From NCBI GenBank assembly GCA_016214425.1, contig JACRON010000146.1:1-29675 (forward strand): a stretch of DNA of 29,675 nucleotides, given 5' to 3'. The position numbers were made by a program, and so were the translations under genes. Numbering within the stretch: position 1 is the first letter of the stretch; each line of letters opens with the position of its first letter. The notes under the pieces were generated by a model. That model did no database searches. It had not been told where the DNA came from and saw nothing but the letters and a program-made list of their open reading frames with translations. Of the stretch, positions 8,390-18,483 are shown piece after piece. Source of the stretch: Nitrospirota bacterium. GTDB lineage: Bacteria > Nitrospirota > CAKKRA01 > 9FT-COMBO-42-15.

Positions 8390-8581
8390 ATGCCAAGTAA
8401 AAAGAGATATAAGACAAATGAAATTTGTGATATCTTTGATATTTCAAGGGCAACCCTTTTTAGATGGGAGGAGGAGGGGTTGATATCAAATGTTGGAAGA
8501 GACTGGCGCAACTGGCGTGTTTATAGCGAGAAGAACATAAAGGAGATACAGGATATAATAAAGAAGAAGTCGGGTAAATAA
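8390..8581 (+). CDS. Small MerR-type winged-HTH DNA-binding protein
   Basis: YKTNEICDIFDISRATLFRWEEEGLI...RDWRNWRVYS, 63 aa, no effector domain. Confidence 0.85.
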   Translation: MPSKKRYKTNEICDIFDISRATLFRWEEEGLISNVGRDWRNWRVYSEKNIKEIQDIIKKKSGK

Positions 8582-8609
8582 ACCTCAAAATTATGGTATG
8601 GTGATATAG

Positions 8610-9674
8610 ATGTTTTTTGGAAAGCCAAAGGATATTATCGGACTTGATATAGGGTCAAGTTCTATAAAACTTGTTAAGCTGAAAGAGAGCGGTAAGAGCT
8701 ATCAGCTTGAAAGGTTCGGCATACAACCCCTTGCAACAGAACTGATAGTTGACGGAACAATTATGGATGCTGGAATGGTGGTTGATGCAATAAAGACCCT
8801 TCTCTCAGAACAAAATATAAAGACCAAGACAGCAGCAATCTCATTATCAGGAAATGCTGTTATTGTGAAAAAGATTACCCTTCCTGAGATGAGCGAGGAT
8901 GAGCTTGCAGAATCAATAAAATGGGAGGCTGAACAGTATATACCCTTTGATATAAATGATGTTAATGTTGATTTTCAGATATTGGGTTCTGTCCCTGGTG
9001 GAGAGGGGCAGCCGCAAATCAATGTGGTGCTGGTTGCTGTTAAGAAAGATAAGCTTAATGACTACTCAGCATTGGTGGCAGAGGCAGGTTTAGATCCATT
9101 GGTTGTGGATATAGACGCCTTTGCAATAGAAAATATGTACAGCATAAATTATGGAGCTGCCCATGGAGAGATTACTGCATTAATAAATATTGGCGCAAGT
9201 GTTATGAATATTAATATCCTAAAGGATGGCGCCTTTGCTTTTGCAAGGGATATATCAATAGGCGGCAACAGGTATACCGAGACAATACAAAAAGAGCTTG
9301 GCTTGAGTTATGAAGAGGCGGAAAAGGCAAAAAAGGGCGAGGCGGTTGACGGTGTGCAGGCAGAGGAGGTGCAGCGTATAATAAATACTGTTTCTGCTGA
9401 ATTGGCATCAGAGATTACCCGCTCATTTGACTTTTTCAGGACCACCTCAACACATGAGAACATAGATAAAATTTTGATAAGCGGCGGCTGTGCAATGCTT
9501 AACGGCATTGCGCCGTTTCTTTCGGACAAACTCGGCATAGGGGTTGAATTGGCAAATCCCTTTAAAAACATCAAAATTAACTCAAAGGATTTTGACCCTG
9601 AATATATTCAGCATATAGCGCCGATTGCAGCAGTGGCAGTCGGTCTTGCAACAAGAAGAGTGGGCGACAGATGA
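8610..9674 (+). CDS. pilM: Type IV pilus assembly protein PilM
   Basis: IGLDIGSSSIKLV actin-like fold, EAEQYIPFD, LINIGAS, first of the MNOPQ cluster. Confidence 0.96.
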   Translation: MFFGKPKDIIGLDIGSSSIKLVKLKESGKSYQLERFGIQPLATELIVDGTIMDAGMVVDAIKTLLSEQNIKTKTAAISLSGNAVIVKKITLPEMSEDELAESIKWEAEQYIPFDINDVNVDFQILGSVPGGEGQPQINVVLVAVKKDKLNDYSALVAEAGLDPLVVDIDAFAIENMYSINYGAAHGEITALINIGASVMNINILKDGAFAFARDISIGGNRYTETIQKELGLSYEEAEKAKKGEAVDGVQAEEVQRIINTVSAELASEITRSFDFFRTTSTHENIDKILISGGCAMLNGIAPFLSDKLGIGVELANPFKNIKINSKDFDPEYIQHIAPIAAVAVGLATRRVGDR

Positions 9675-10237
9675 TTAAGATAAACCTTTCAACAATTAAG
9701 AAGGGTGTAAAAAAGAGCAAGAAAAAGATTGAAATTCAATCACAGCTTATTGGCGCTGTCGCGCTTATTATACTTACTGCAGCCGGTGCAGGATACGGGT
9801 GGTTCTGGTTGAACAGCAAGGTAAGCCGCCTTGAAAATGAGAAGGTGCTGGCAAACAAGGAGCTGACTTCTTTAAAGGTGCAGGTAAAGGTGGTTGAAAA
9901 TTATGAAAAGGATAAGAAGAATTTTGAGGAAAAGATAGGTGTTATTGAACAGTTGAAGAAAAATCAGACAGGACCGGTTATTATGTTAGACGAGATTAGC
10001 AAGAATATACCTGAGCGGGTGTGGCTAACAAAGATTACAGAGTCAGGCGGTAAGATAAATATGGATGGTAATGCCATTTCTAATACAGACCTGGCAAGTT
10101 TTGTTAGCAATCTGAGAAAGACAAAAAATTTTACTAATGTTGAATTAACAGAATCAAAAAGTGCAACAGAGAAGAATATCCCGATTTATAACTTTAAACT
10201 GCAGTGTGATTTTAAGGTAGTAATTGGTGCAGAATGA
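9671..10237 (+). CDS. pilN: Type IV pilus assembly protein PilN
   Basis: MIKINL start, single TM, coiled coil, IPERVWLTKI. Confidence 0.94.
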   Translation: MIKINLSTIKKGVKKSKKKIEIQSQLIGAVALIILTAAGAGYGWFWLNSKVSRLENEKVLANKELTSLKVQVKVVENYEKDKKNFEEKIGVIEQLKKNQTGPVIMLDEISKNIPERVWLTKITESGGKINMDGNAISNTDLASFVSNLRKTKNFTNVELTESKSATEKNIPIYNFKLQCDFKVVIGAE

Positions 10238-10866
10238 ATCTTGATGTATTAAAAAATATACCAGCATACCAGAAGATGATAATATTTTTATTGCTCATCC
10301 TTATTATTGTCGGCGGCTTCTTTTGGATTGCATATTTTCCTAAAAATGACAAGATCAAAGCGCTTCAAAATGAAATCGCAAAGATAAACAATGAGATTCA
10401 GGTAAACAAGACAAAATTGAGAAGAATAGATGAATTAAAGGCAGAAAATGAGATCTTGCAAAGGAGGCTACTTGAATTGCAGGAGCAGCTCCCATCAGAG
10501 ACAGATGCAACCGCTTTGTTAAAACAGATATCAGAATTAGGGGTGCAGACAGGGCTTGATTTTAAGTCCTGGAAGCCGGAGAGTAAGAGGCAAAATCCAT
10601 CCGGGCTATACATGGAGATGCCTGTAAAGGTCGAAGTTGAAGGCTCTTACCATAGCCTCGGTGTATTTTTTTATAGAATTGGTAAATTATCAAGGATAGT
10701 GAATATAACAGGATTGAGCTTAAGTGATCCAAAGCCTGTGAGAAACAAGATACAGGTTAAGACAGCCTTTACGGCAACTGCCTTTTCAGCAGTTGAAGGT
10801 GTAAAAAAAGATGTTGAACAGAAAAAACCAAAAACAGAACCCAAAAAGGCACCCAAAAAGCAATAG
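10234..10866 (+). CDS. pilO: Type IV pilus assembly protein PilO
   Basis: TM, coiled coil, QLPSETD, LYMEMPVKVEVEGSYHSLGVFF, RIVNI. Confidence 0.94.
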   Translation: MNLDVLKNIPAYQKMIIFLLLILIIVGGFFWIAYFPKNDKIKALQNEIAKINNEIQVNKTKLRRIDELKAENEILQRRLLELQEQLPSETDATALLKQISELGVQTGLDFKSWKPESKRQNPSGLYMEMPVKVEVEGSYHSLGVFFYRIGKLSRIVNITGLSLSDPKPVRNKIQVKTAFTATAFSAVEGVKKDVEQKKPKTEPKKAPKKQ

Positions 10867-11491
10867 TGTCTTTTTGCTCTTTGCTGTTGGCATTTTAATT
10901 GTTTCCTTAGTTGGGTGTAAGGGTGAGAATAAGAAGGCTGTTCAGCAGCCTCCGCAATCTCCTCCTGCGAAAACAGGACAGGCTCCTGCAGCATCTGAGC
11001 AGCAGAAGCCTGGAGTAACGCCTGTACAAGAGCAAAAACCACAAACCCAAACAGCTACGCAGCCCGGAAAACCGCAGAAAGAGGATGTTAAAAAGGAGGC
11101 TGAAAAAGATAAGCCTGAAGAAAAGGCTGCAGAAAAGAAGGAATATGTTTATGACCCAACAGGAAAAAGGGACCCCTTCAGGTCAGCAATCTTGGGAGAG
11201 AGCCTACGCGGCAAAGAGACGCTTCCGCCGCTGCAGAGGCGGGAAATCTCTGAATTAAAGTTAATTGGAATTGCATGGGATAAATATGGTTATAATGCAA
11301 TGCTTGAGACACCGGACAGCAAGGGATATACAATAAAAGTCGGAACCATAGTTGGCCCTAAAAAGGGTGTTGTAAAGAAGATTACAAAAAGAACAGTTGT
11401 AATAGAAGAGAAGTATATGGATATCATAGGCGAGATGAAAACGAGGGAGATTATTATGGAGCTTCCCTCAAAAGAGGAGGTATTAGAATGA
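10811..11491 (+). CDS. pilP: Type IV pilus lipoprotein PilP
   Basis: Lipobox LVGC, P/Q/K/E linker, YDPTGKRDPF, LKLIGIAW, KGYTIKVG. Exact start uncertain. Confidence 0.9.
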   Translation: MLNRKNQKQNPKRHPKSNSVFLLFAVGILIVSLVGCKGENKKAVQQPPQSPPAKTGQAPAASEQQKPGVTPVQEQKPQTQTATQPGKPQKEDVKKEAEKDKPEEKAAEKKEYVYDPTGKRDPFRSAILGESLRGKETLPPLQRREISELKLIGIAWDKYGYNAMLETPDSKGYTIKVGTIVGPKKGVVKKITKRTVVIEEKYMDIIGEMKTREIIMELPSKEEVLE

Positions 11492-13878
11492 AAAAGATGT
11501 ATCTTACAATAGGTGTAATGCTTATTATATTTGGACTATTTGCCTGTTCTCCTAAGGCAAGCCAGGTAAAGGATACCTCCGCAGAGAAAAAGGCTGGTGC
11601 AGCAAAGATTGCAAAGATAGATGTTAAGGATTTAGGAGACAAGACCCAGTTGATTATTGAAGGAGACAGTGTATTATCGTATACAACATTTAAGCTTTCT
11701 GATCCGCTGAGGCTGGTCATTGACTTTTCAGATGCGACCCTCGGGGCTTATAAGGATAAGATTATAATCAATCAGGGTGCAATAACAGATATAATTCCGA
11801 GTGAAATTGGAGAACCGAGAAGGATTGCAAGGCTTGAGATTGCCCTATCCCAGTTAGTTGATTCAAATGTAAGGCAGGAAGGGCAGAGGATAATAGTTGA
11901 TGTGGAAAAACCAAAGGTTTCTGAGGCAGAGGGTGCTCCAAAGATTACTGAGGTTCCTTTGGTAAAGGAAGAACCTCTTAAGCCTCAGCCTTCAGAAATA
12001 ACCGGCAAGGCAGCCGCTGTTTTATCTAAGCTTGATGTAAAGAGGGAAGATGCTGTTACAAGGGTTATAGTCTCAGGTGATGGAGAAATAAATGCCAATA
12101 CAATGATGGTAAGCGGCAATAGATTGGTAGTTGATGTGCCAAATACAGTAAGTAACATAAAGCCCCAGATAATCAGTGTTAACAATCACTTATTGAAGCG
12201 GGTTAGAATAGGACAGCACACAAAACCTGAAAAAAAGGTAAGGATAGTATTGGATCTGACAGCCCAATTATTCTACAATCTTTCTAAGGAAAATAATAAG
12301 CTGATTGTAACAATAAGCAAAGAAGCAGCAGTAGCAAAGAAAGAAGATATTCCTCCATCGGAGGTTAAGGAACCTGCAGCAGAACCAAAGGGACCAATAA
12401 TAGCAGCAAAGGAATTAGAAAAGCCTGTTAAGGAGGCAAAACCAAAAGAAGAGATGCCGCCTGCTCCAAAGGAGGAGATAGCCATTCAACCTGAAAAATT
12501 AGCAGAGAAGCCTGTGCCAGCAGTACCAAAGAGGGCAGTTACAGAAAAAGATATATTTACTTATAAAGAGGTAGTCCCATCAAAGAGATATACAGGCAAA
12601 AGGATATCCCTTGATTTTCAGGATGCTGATATACGGAATATCCTGAGGCTTATTGCTGATGTAAGCGGCTACAACCTTGCTGCTGGAGACGATGTTAAAG
12701 GCAAGGTGACGATAAAGCTTCTGAATGTTCCATGGGATCAGGCATTAGACATATTATTAAAAATGAATAATTTCGGTTATCTTAAAGAGGGTAATATCAT
12801 AAGAGTTGCTACGTTAAAAAATATTGAAGACCAGCTTACTGCGGAGGCAAAGGCAAGGGAGGCTGAGCAGAAGGCAGGTGAATTGATAACAAAGATAATA
12901 TATATAAATTATGGCAGCGCAAAGGATTTTATAGAGACGCTAAAAAGATCTCTAAGCCCGAGAGGCAGCATAGTGGTAGAGGATAAGACAAATGCAATGA
13001 TAGTAAAAGACATTGCTAAGAGCGTTGATGAGATTACAGAGATGGTCAGGACCCTTGACAGAAAGGTGCCTCAGGTTATGATTGAGGCGAGGATAGTTGA
13101 GGCAGATACAACATATGTAAGGGAGCTTGGCGTGCAGTGGGGTGCTGATCAGAGCGGCTGGGTAACTTCAAGAAGCGGAAGAAGGACAGGGTCTTATTCA
13201 ATTTATGGCGGAGGTACAAAGGAAAAGCCAGGCAATACAACCTATACACCTCTTACAAATGGCTTTGGTGTTAATGATACAGGTTTTCTTGTGAATCTGC
13301 CTTCAGCAGTTGGGGCAGGTTCAGGAGGTGCTATAGGTGTTATGTTCAGCAATTTAGCACAGTCATTTAATCTTGATTTCCAGTTATCAGCTATGGAATC
13401 AAACGGCAAAGGCAAGGTTTTATCCAATCCAAAGATATTAGCACTGAATAATAAAGAGGCATATATACAGACTGGCTACAGGATCCCATACGAATCAACA
13501 TCCACCCAGGGCACAAAGACAGAGTGGGTTGATGCGGTTCTGCAATTAAAGGTAACACCCCATGTAACACCAGACAACCATATTATGATGTCAATAAAGG
13601 TTGAGAAGAATGAGCCTGACTTTGCAAACAGGGCTGCCGGCAATGCCCCTACTATTACAACAAAAGAAGCAAAGACAGATGTCCTTGTGAATAATGGTGA
13701 TACACTTGTAATTGGCGGGATATATAAGAAAAGGAGTGATGACAGCGTGAGAGGTGTGCCGTGGTTTTCAAGAATTCCTATTCTTGGCTGGCTGTTTAAG
13801 AAGGAATATATATACGACAAGCCTGAGGAGCTTGTTATCTTTATTACGCCAAAGATTACAAAATTAGAGGCATTATAG
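11488..13878 (+). CDS. pilQ: Type IV pilus secretin PilQ (AMIN domains, N domains, secretin)
   Basis: Two AMIN-like domains (PLRLVIDF; NRLVVDV...VRIVLDL), YTGKRISLDFQDADIRNILRLIA, PQVMIEARIVEA, VPWFSRIPILGWLFK. Confidence 0.96.
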   Translation: MKKMYLTIGVMLIIFGLFACSPKASQVKDTSAEKKAGAAKIAKIDVKDLGDKTQLIIEGDSVLSYTTFKLSDPLRLVIDFSDATLGAYKDKIIINQGAITDIIPSEIGEPRRIARLEIALSQLVDSNVRQEGQRIIVDVEKPKVSEAEGAPKITEVPLVKEEPLKPQPSEITGKAAAVLSKLDVKREDAVTRVIVSGDGEINANTMMVSGNRLVVDVPNTVSNIKPQIISVNNHLLKRVRIGQHTKPEKKVRIVLDLTAQLFYNLSKENNKLIVTISKEAAVAKKEDIPPSEVKEPAAEPKGPIIAAKELEKPVKEAKPKEEMPPAPKEEIAIQPEKLAEKPVPAVPKRAVTEKDIFTYKEVVPSKRYTGKRISLDFQDADIRNILRLIADVSGYNLAAGDDVKGKVTIKLLNVPWDQALDILLKMNNFGYLKEGNIIRVATLKNIEDQLTAEAKAREAEQKAGELITKIIYINYGSAKDFIETLKRSLSPRGSIVVEDKTNAMIVKDIAKSVDEITEMVRTLDRKVPQVMIEARIVEADTTYVRELGVQWGADQSGWVTSRSGRRTGSYSIYGGGTKEKPGNTTYTPLTNGFGVNDTGFLVNLPSAVGAGSGGAIGVMFSNLAQSFNLDFQLSAMESNGKGKVLSNPKILALNNKEAYIQTGYRIPYESTSTQGTKTEWVDAVLQLKVTPHVTPDNHIMMSIKVEKNEPDFANRAAGNAPTITTKEAKTDVLVNNGDTLVIGGIYKKRSDDSVRGVPWFSRIPILGWLFKKEYIYDKPEELVIFITPKITKLEAL

Positions 13879-13892
13879 CCTGAAATAACATA

Positions 13893-13921
13893 TTGAATTA
13901 TTAATAGAGTTTTCATATAAT
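13893..13921 (+). promoter_or_regulatory. Putative sigma70 promoter for aroC-aroK-aroB
   Basis: TTGAAT (13893-13898), 17 bp, TATAAT (13916-13921). Confidence 0.65.
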
Positions 13922-13946
13922 GTCCGCTTAGGCGGACATTTTTTTT
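13919..13946 (+). terminator. Intrinsic terminator after pilQ
   Basis: Stem AATGTCCGC / GCGGACATT, loop TTAG, T8 run at 13939-13946. Confidence 0.85.
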
Positions 13947-13962
13947 ATTATAAGAGGGTGTT

Positions 13963-15126
13963 ATGCTAAGATATCTGACAGCAGGTGAATCGCATGGACA
14001 GGGATTAATAGGGATTATAGATGGGTATCCTGGTGGTGTAAAAATTTCTGCGGATGATATAGATAAAGAACTTGCGCGGAGGCAGGTTGGGTATGGCCGC
14101 GGAGGCAGGATGTTAATAGAAAAGGATGGAGTTGAGATATTATCTGGTGTAAGATGGGGAAAGACATTGGGGAGTCCAATCTGTTTACAAATAAGAAATA
14201 AAGACTGGTCTAATTGGGAGAAGGCTATGTCAATATCCTCTGAATATGAAGGTAGTGTGAGTCCAGTGACAAGGCCGAGGCCTGGGCATGCTGATCTATC
14301 AGGCCTGATTAAATATGGACATGATGATATAAGGAATATACTTGAAAGGGCAAGTGCAAGGGAGACTGCAATAAGGGTTGCAATCGGCGCAGTATGTAAA
14401 TTATTATTACGGGAATTCAATATAGAAATAATAAGCCATGTAACAGAGATTGGCGGTGTCGGCATTAACAAGATGGTCTTGAAATTAGGTGAGATACAGA
14501 AAAAGGCGGAGGCGTCTCTACTGCGCTGCGCTGATAAAGGCGCTGAAAAAAGGATGATAAAAAAGATTGATTCAGCTAAGCGAAATGGGGATTCATTAGG
14601 CGGTGTATTTGAGATAATAGTTACAAATTTGCCAATCGGCCTTGGAAGCCACACCCAGTGGGACAGAAAGCTGAATGCAAGGCTCTCTTTTGCAATAATG
14701 AGCATACAGGCGATAAAAGGTGTAGAGATTGGACTCGGGTTTGAGGCTGCAAGGAGACTTGGTTCAGATGTTCATGATGAGATATTTTATGATAAACGAA
14801 ATAAAAAATTTTATAGAAAGACAAATAATGCCGGCGGTATTGAAGGCGGTATGACAAATGGTGAAAATATTATAATAAGGGCAGCAATGAAGCCAATACC
14901 CACATTAATGAAGCCGCTTAAATCCGTTGACATTGTTACCAAGAGGCCCTTTTTGGCATCTGTTGAGAGATCAGATGTATGTGCTGTTCCTGCAGCAGCC
15001 GTAGTTGGCGAGGCTGTTGTTGCCTTTGAAATTGCCAATGCCATGATAGAAAAATTTGGCGGCGACAGCTTAATTGAGATGAAAAGAAATTACAATAGCT
15101 ATATGAAATATGTAAGGGGGATATGA
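13963..15126 (+). CDS. aroC: Chorismate synthase
   Basis: [47 protein letters not shown]. Confidence 0.97.
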   Translation: MLRYLTAGESHGQGLIGIIDGYPGGVKISADDIDKELARRQVGYGRGGRMLIEKDGVEILSGVRWGKTLGSPICLQIRNKDWSNWEKAMSISSEYEGSVSPVTRPRPGHADLSGLIKYGHDDIRNILERASARETAIRVAIGAVCKLLLREFNIEIISHVTEIGGVGINKMVLKLGEIQKKAEASLLRCADKGAEKRMIKKIDSAKRNGDSLGGVFEIIVTNLPIGLGSHTQWDRKLNARLSFAIMSIQAIKGVEIGLGFEAARRLGSDVHDEIFYDKRNKKFYRKTNNAGGIEGGMTNGENIIIRAAMKPIPTLMKPLKSVDIVTKRPFLASVERSDVCAVPAAAVVGEAVVAFEIANAMIEKFGGDSLIEMKRNYNSYMKYVRGI

Positions 15127-15180
15127 AGGGGTTTTTCAGGAGAGATTCCCCTATCTTCCGCGGGAGGGATGCCGCCATAA

Positions 15181-15220
15181 TCCCCTCTCCCCTTTGGGGA
15201 GAGGGACAGGGTGAGGGGGA
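15181..15220. repeat. BoxC-like palindromic intergenic element
   Basis: CCCTCTCCCC-TTT-GGGGAGAGGG hairpin followed by ACAGGGTGAGGGGG; translates as the spurious PSPLWGEGQGEG. Confidence 0.7.
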
Positions 15221-15227
15221 TTGTAGA

Positions 15228-15755
15228 ATGAAAAATATAGTTATCACTGGCTTTATGGGTACAGGAAAATCCACTGTTGGAAAAATGTTGGCAGAGGATT
15301 ATGGCCTTGATTTTGTTGATACAGACGAGTTGATTGAAAAAAAGGCAGGGGGTAAGAGGATTTCAGAGATATTTGAGGAATCTGGTGAGGCCTATTTCAG
15401 AAAGATAGAGAATGATATAATAAGGGATGTGTCTCTAAGAGAGAATACAGTCATCTCTACTGGCGGCGGCGCAATTGCAGATAAAGAAAACCTTGCCCTG
15501 TTAAAAAGAAAATCCATAATAATATGCCTTACTGCGAGGCCGGAGGTTATCCTTGAACGCATAAGGAAAGAGGAGGGCATCAGGCCCCTTCTTAAGGTTG
15601 AAGACCCTTTAAAGAGAATAAAGGAGTTGTTAGACAGCAGGAGAGAGGCTTATATGAGGTCTGATATAATAATTGATACCTCTGACCTTACACCCGGTGA
15701 GGCTGCGAAAAAGATAAAGATAATATTAAAGGAGAAAGGTATTGCAAAGGATTAA
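15228..15755 (+). CDS. aroK: Shikimate kinase
   Basis: MKNIVITGFMGTGKSTVG, IFEESGEAYFR, VISTGGG, RPLL. Start moved from 15123 to 15228. Confidence 0.95.
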   Translation: MKNIVITGFMGTGKSTVGKMLAEDYGLDFVDTDELIEKKAGGKRISEIFEESGEAYFRKIENDIIRDVSLRENTVISTGGGAIADKENLALLKRKSIIICLTARPEVILERIRKEEGIRPLLKVEDPLKRIKELLDSRREAYMRSDIIIDTSDLTPGEAAKKIKIILKEKGIAKD

Positions 15756-16824
15756 TGTTGCATTAGGGGACAGGAGTTATGATATTATAATATGCAATGA
15801 GTGCATAAAGGACACGGGCAATCACCTTTCAGAGATCGGCCTTAGGGGCAAGGTTGGAATTGTTACAAATCCTGTTGTTAATAGGTATTTTGGCAGGAGG
15901 ATTAGGGAGTCTCTTAAGGGGGCGGGTTTAAAACCCTTTACCATTACCATACCTAATGGTGAAAGATACAAGACCTTAAAGACAGTCACGAATATCTATG
16001 ATAAACTTGTTTCTCTTAAGTTTGAAAGGGGTTCCTCTTTAATTGCATTGGGCGGTGGCGTTATTGGAGATATAACAGGCTTTGCTGCAGCCACATATCT
16101 ACGCGGTATTCCATACATACAGGTCCCTACAACCCTCCTCGCCCAGGTGGATAGCAGTGTAGGCGGGAAGACAGCCGTTGACCACAGGAAGGGCAAGAAC
16201 CTGATCGGCGCCTTTTACCAGCCGCAGCGGGTGTTGATAGATATTGATACATTGCATACACTGCCGAGGCGTGAATTTATTGCAGGCATGGCAGAGGTTG
16301 TTAAATATGGCGTTATAGCCGATGAGGTTTTTTTTAATTACCTTGAAGAGAATCTTAATGATATACTATCTCAAAAGACTGACAGCCTTCTGCATATAAT
16401 AAAGAGGTCTTGCGAAATCAAGGCGCATATTGTTGAGAAGGATGAGAGGGATGTCAGCGGCAGGAGGGCAATCTTAAATTTTGGCCATACCTTTGGCCAT
16501 GCGATAGAAACAATTACAGGATATAAAAAATTCAAACATGGAGAGGCTGTGGCAATTGGCATGGTCATGGCTGCCAGGCTTGCTGTTCAATTAAATCTAT
16601 GTTCTCATCATGCCTATAAAAGGATAAAGGATTTGCTAAATAGGATTGGGCTTCCAACAGAGTTGCCTAAACTTAATTTTAGCGAGACAATGAAGATAAT
16701 GCAGCATGATAAAAAGGTCTCAGAAGAGAAGATAAAGTTTATACTGCCAAAAAGGATTGGCGAGGTGATTAGTTTTTCAGACTTGGTTCACGCTGATTTA
16801 AAAAGGGTTATTGAAGATATGTAA
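15742..16824 (+). CDS. aroB: 3-dehydroquinate synthase
   Basis: LGGGVIGDITGFAAATYLRG, PTTLLAQVDSSVGGKT, LNFGHTFGHAIE, HGEAVAIG. TTG start. Confidence 0.97.
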   Translation: MQRINVALGDRSYDIIICNECIKDTGNHLSEIGLRGKVGIVTNPVVNRYFGRRIRESLKGAGLKPFTITIPNGERYKTLKTVTNIYDKLVSLKFERGSSLIALGGGVIGDITGFAAATYLRGIPYIQVPTTLLAQVDSSVGGKTAVDHRKGKNLIGAFYQPQRVLIDIDTLHTLPRREFIAGMAEVVKYGVIADEVFFNYLEENLNDILSQKTDSLLHIIKRSCEIKAHIVEKDERDVSGRRAILNFGHTFGHAIETITGYKKFKHGEAVAIGMVMAARLAVQLNLCSHHAYKRIKDLLNRIGLPTELPKLNFSETMKIMQHDKKVSEEKIKFILPKRIGEVISFSDLVHADLKRVIEDM

Positions 16825-16855
16825 TTGTAGGGGATGGCATACCATGTCCCTACAA
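16825..16855. repeat. GTAG-family REP-like palindrome
   Basis: TTGTAGGG-GATGG-CATA-CCATGT-CCCTACAA, near-perfect hairpin of the GTAGGGGC...GCCCCTAC REP type. Confidence 0.75.
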
Positions 16856-16873
16856 CAGAGGATTAAATGATTT

Positions 16874-18433
16874 ATGAGTAAGAATATTAATGCAATTGAT
16901 GAATTAAACAAAAAGATATTAGAGCTCACAACCCTTTATGAGATTACTAAAAAGCTGGTCTCTTCCTTAAATCTTGAGTCAATATTGAATTCAACAATGG
17001 ATGTTCTTGCAAATAAGATGGGGATGAAAAGGGGCACCCTGACAGTGCTTGACAGAGAAACAAAGGAATTAAAGATTGAGGTTGCACATGGCCTTACCAG
17101 TGAGGAGAAGGAAAGAGGGAGGTATAAAATAGGAGAGGGTATTACAGGAAAGGTGCTTGAGACAGGCGAGCCCATGATAATTCCAGATATCGGCAAGGAG
17201 CCGAAATTCCTCAACAAAACAAAGTCACGCGGTGACATTAAAAAAAGCAATATATCTTTTATCTGTGTACCTGTTAAGGTTCATAATGATGTTGTTGGCG
17301 CGCTGAGTGTTGACAAACTCTTTTCAGAGAATGTTTCTTTTGAAGAGGATGTAAGGCTTTTGACTATTATTGCCTCCCTTATCGGCCAGGCAATAAAGAT
17401 TAATCAGATAGTGGAGAAGGAAAGACAGGAGTTAATTGATGAGAATATCTATTTGAAGCAGGAGCTCAAAACAAAATACAGGCTAAAGAATGTAATTGGC
17501 AATAGTGAAAAGATGCTTGCGGTTTATGATGCAGTGGAAAGGGTGAGCAAGAGCAACGCAACTGTTCTATTGAGGGGAGAGAGCGGCACAGGAAAGGAAC
17601 TGATTGCACGGGCAGTACATTACAACAGCCCAAGGGCAGACCAGCCGTTTATTAAGGTAAATTGCGGCGCCATTCCTGAGACGCTGCTTGAAAGCGAGCT
17701 CTTTGGCCATGAAAAGGGCGCCTTTACCGGAGCAATCCAGCCGAGGGTCGGCAGATTTGAGCTTGCTGATAAGGGAACAATCTTTTTAGATGAAATAGGG
17801 GATATCTCTCTGCAGATGCAGGTTAAACTTCTGCGTGTCCTTCAGGAAAGAAAATTTGAGCGCCTTGGAGGAGCTAAGACTATAAGCGTTAATATCAGGA
17901 TAATCGCTGCTACAAACAGGAACCTGGAAAAGGCAGTTGAGGCAGGCGCATTCAGAGAGGATTTGTACTATAGGCTGAATGTCGTGCCAATATTTATGCC
18001 TTCATTAAGTGAGCGCCGCGAAGATATCCCGTTATTGATAGATTATTTTCTAAAAAGGTTTAATAGAGAAAATAGCAAGAAGATAAAGCTGTCGCCTGCT
18101 GCAATTACAAAACTGATAGAGTACCACTGGCCAGGAAATGTCAGGGAATTAGAAAATTATATAGAACGGATTGTAATTATGTCTAATAAAAATCTGCTGC
18201 AGATAGAGGATATATCTCTGCCCAGAGCAGAGAGTGCAACCTCAATAAAAACTAGTGGAATTGAATTCTCTGCAAACAGTTCATTAATAAAAACTGTAGA
18301 AGAAATGGAAAGACAGAAGATTACAGAGGTATTGAAGATATGCGGCGGAATACAGGCAAGGGCTGCAAAGACATTGGGAATCACGCCGCGCCAATTAGGC
18401 TACAAGTTAAAAAAATACAAAATTAACAACTAA
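16874..18433 (+). CDS. nifA: NifA-family sigma54-dependent activator (GAF-AAA+-HTH)
   Basis: GAF ([14 protein letters not shown]), Walker [15 protein letters not shown] loop, [31 protein letters not shown] like NifA. No nif structural genes in the window. Confidence 0.85.
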   Translation: MSKNINAIDELNKKILELTTLYEITKKLVSSLNLESILNSTMDVLANKMGMKRGTLTVLDRETKELKIEVAHGLTSEEKERGRYKIGEGITGKVLETGEPMIIPDIGKEPKFLNKTKSRGDIKKSNISFICVPVKVHNDVVGALSVDKLFSENVSFEEDVRLLTIIASLIGQAIKINQIVEKERQELIDENIYLKQELKTKYRLKNVIGNSEKMLAVYDAVERVSKSNATVLLRGESGTGKELIARAVHYNSPRADQPFIKVNCGAIPETLLESELFGHEKGAFTGAIQPRVGRFELADKGTIFLDEIGDISLQMQVKLLRVLQERKFERLGGAKTISVNIRIIAATNRNLEKAVEAGAFREDLYYRLNVVPIFMPSLSERREDIPLLIDYFLKRFNRENSKKIKLSPAAITKLIEYHWPGNVRELENYIERIVIMSNKNLLQIEDISLPRAESATSIKTSGIEFSANSSLIKTVEEMERQKITEVLKICGGIQARAAKTLGITPRQLGYKLKKYKINN

Positions 18434-18483
18434 ATGCACTGCCTGTAAATAATCTATTCAGTTTTACATTCCGACAATTTATT

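Noticed and set aside
10930-11140. P/Q/K/E-rich low-complexity stretch in PilP (similar in PilQ at about 12320-12540)
   Set aside because: Ordinary disordered periplasmic linkers.
13476-14705. 409-aa minus-strand ORF
   Set aside because: Antisense shadow of pilQ and aroC; no recognisable motifs. The same applies to the other short minus-strand and alternate-frame ORFs overlapping well-supported genes.
15123-15227. N-terminal extension of AroK in the ORF track
   Set aside because: It translates the BoxC-like palindrome; shikimate kinase homology starts at MKNIVITG (15228).
16874-18433. Calling this a nitrogen-fixation locus
   Set aside because: No nifH, nifD, nifK or nifB in the window; the adjacent sigma54 targets are urt/ure and nrfH.
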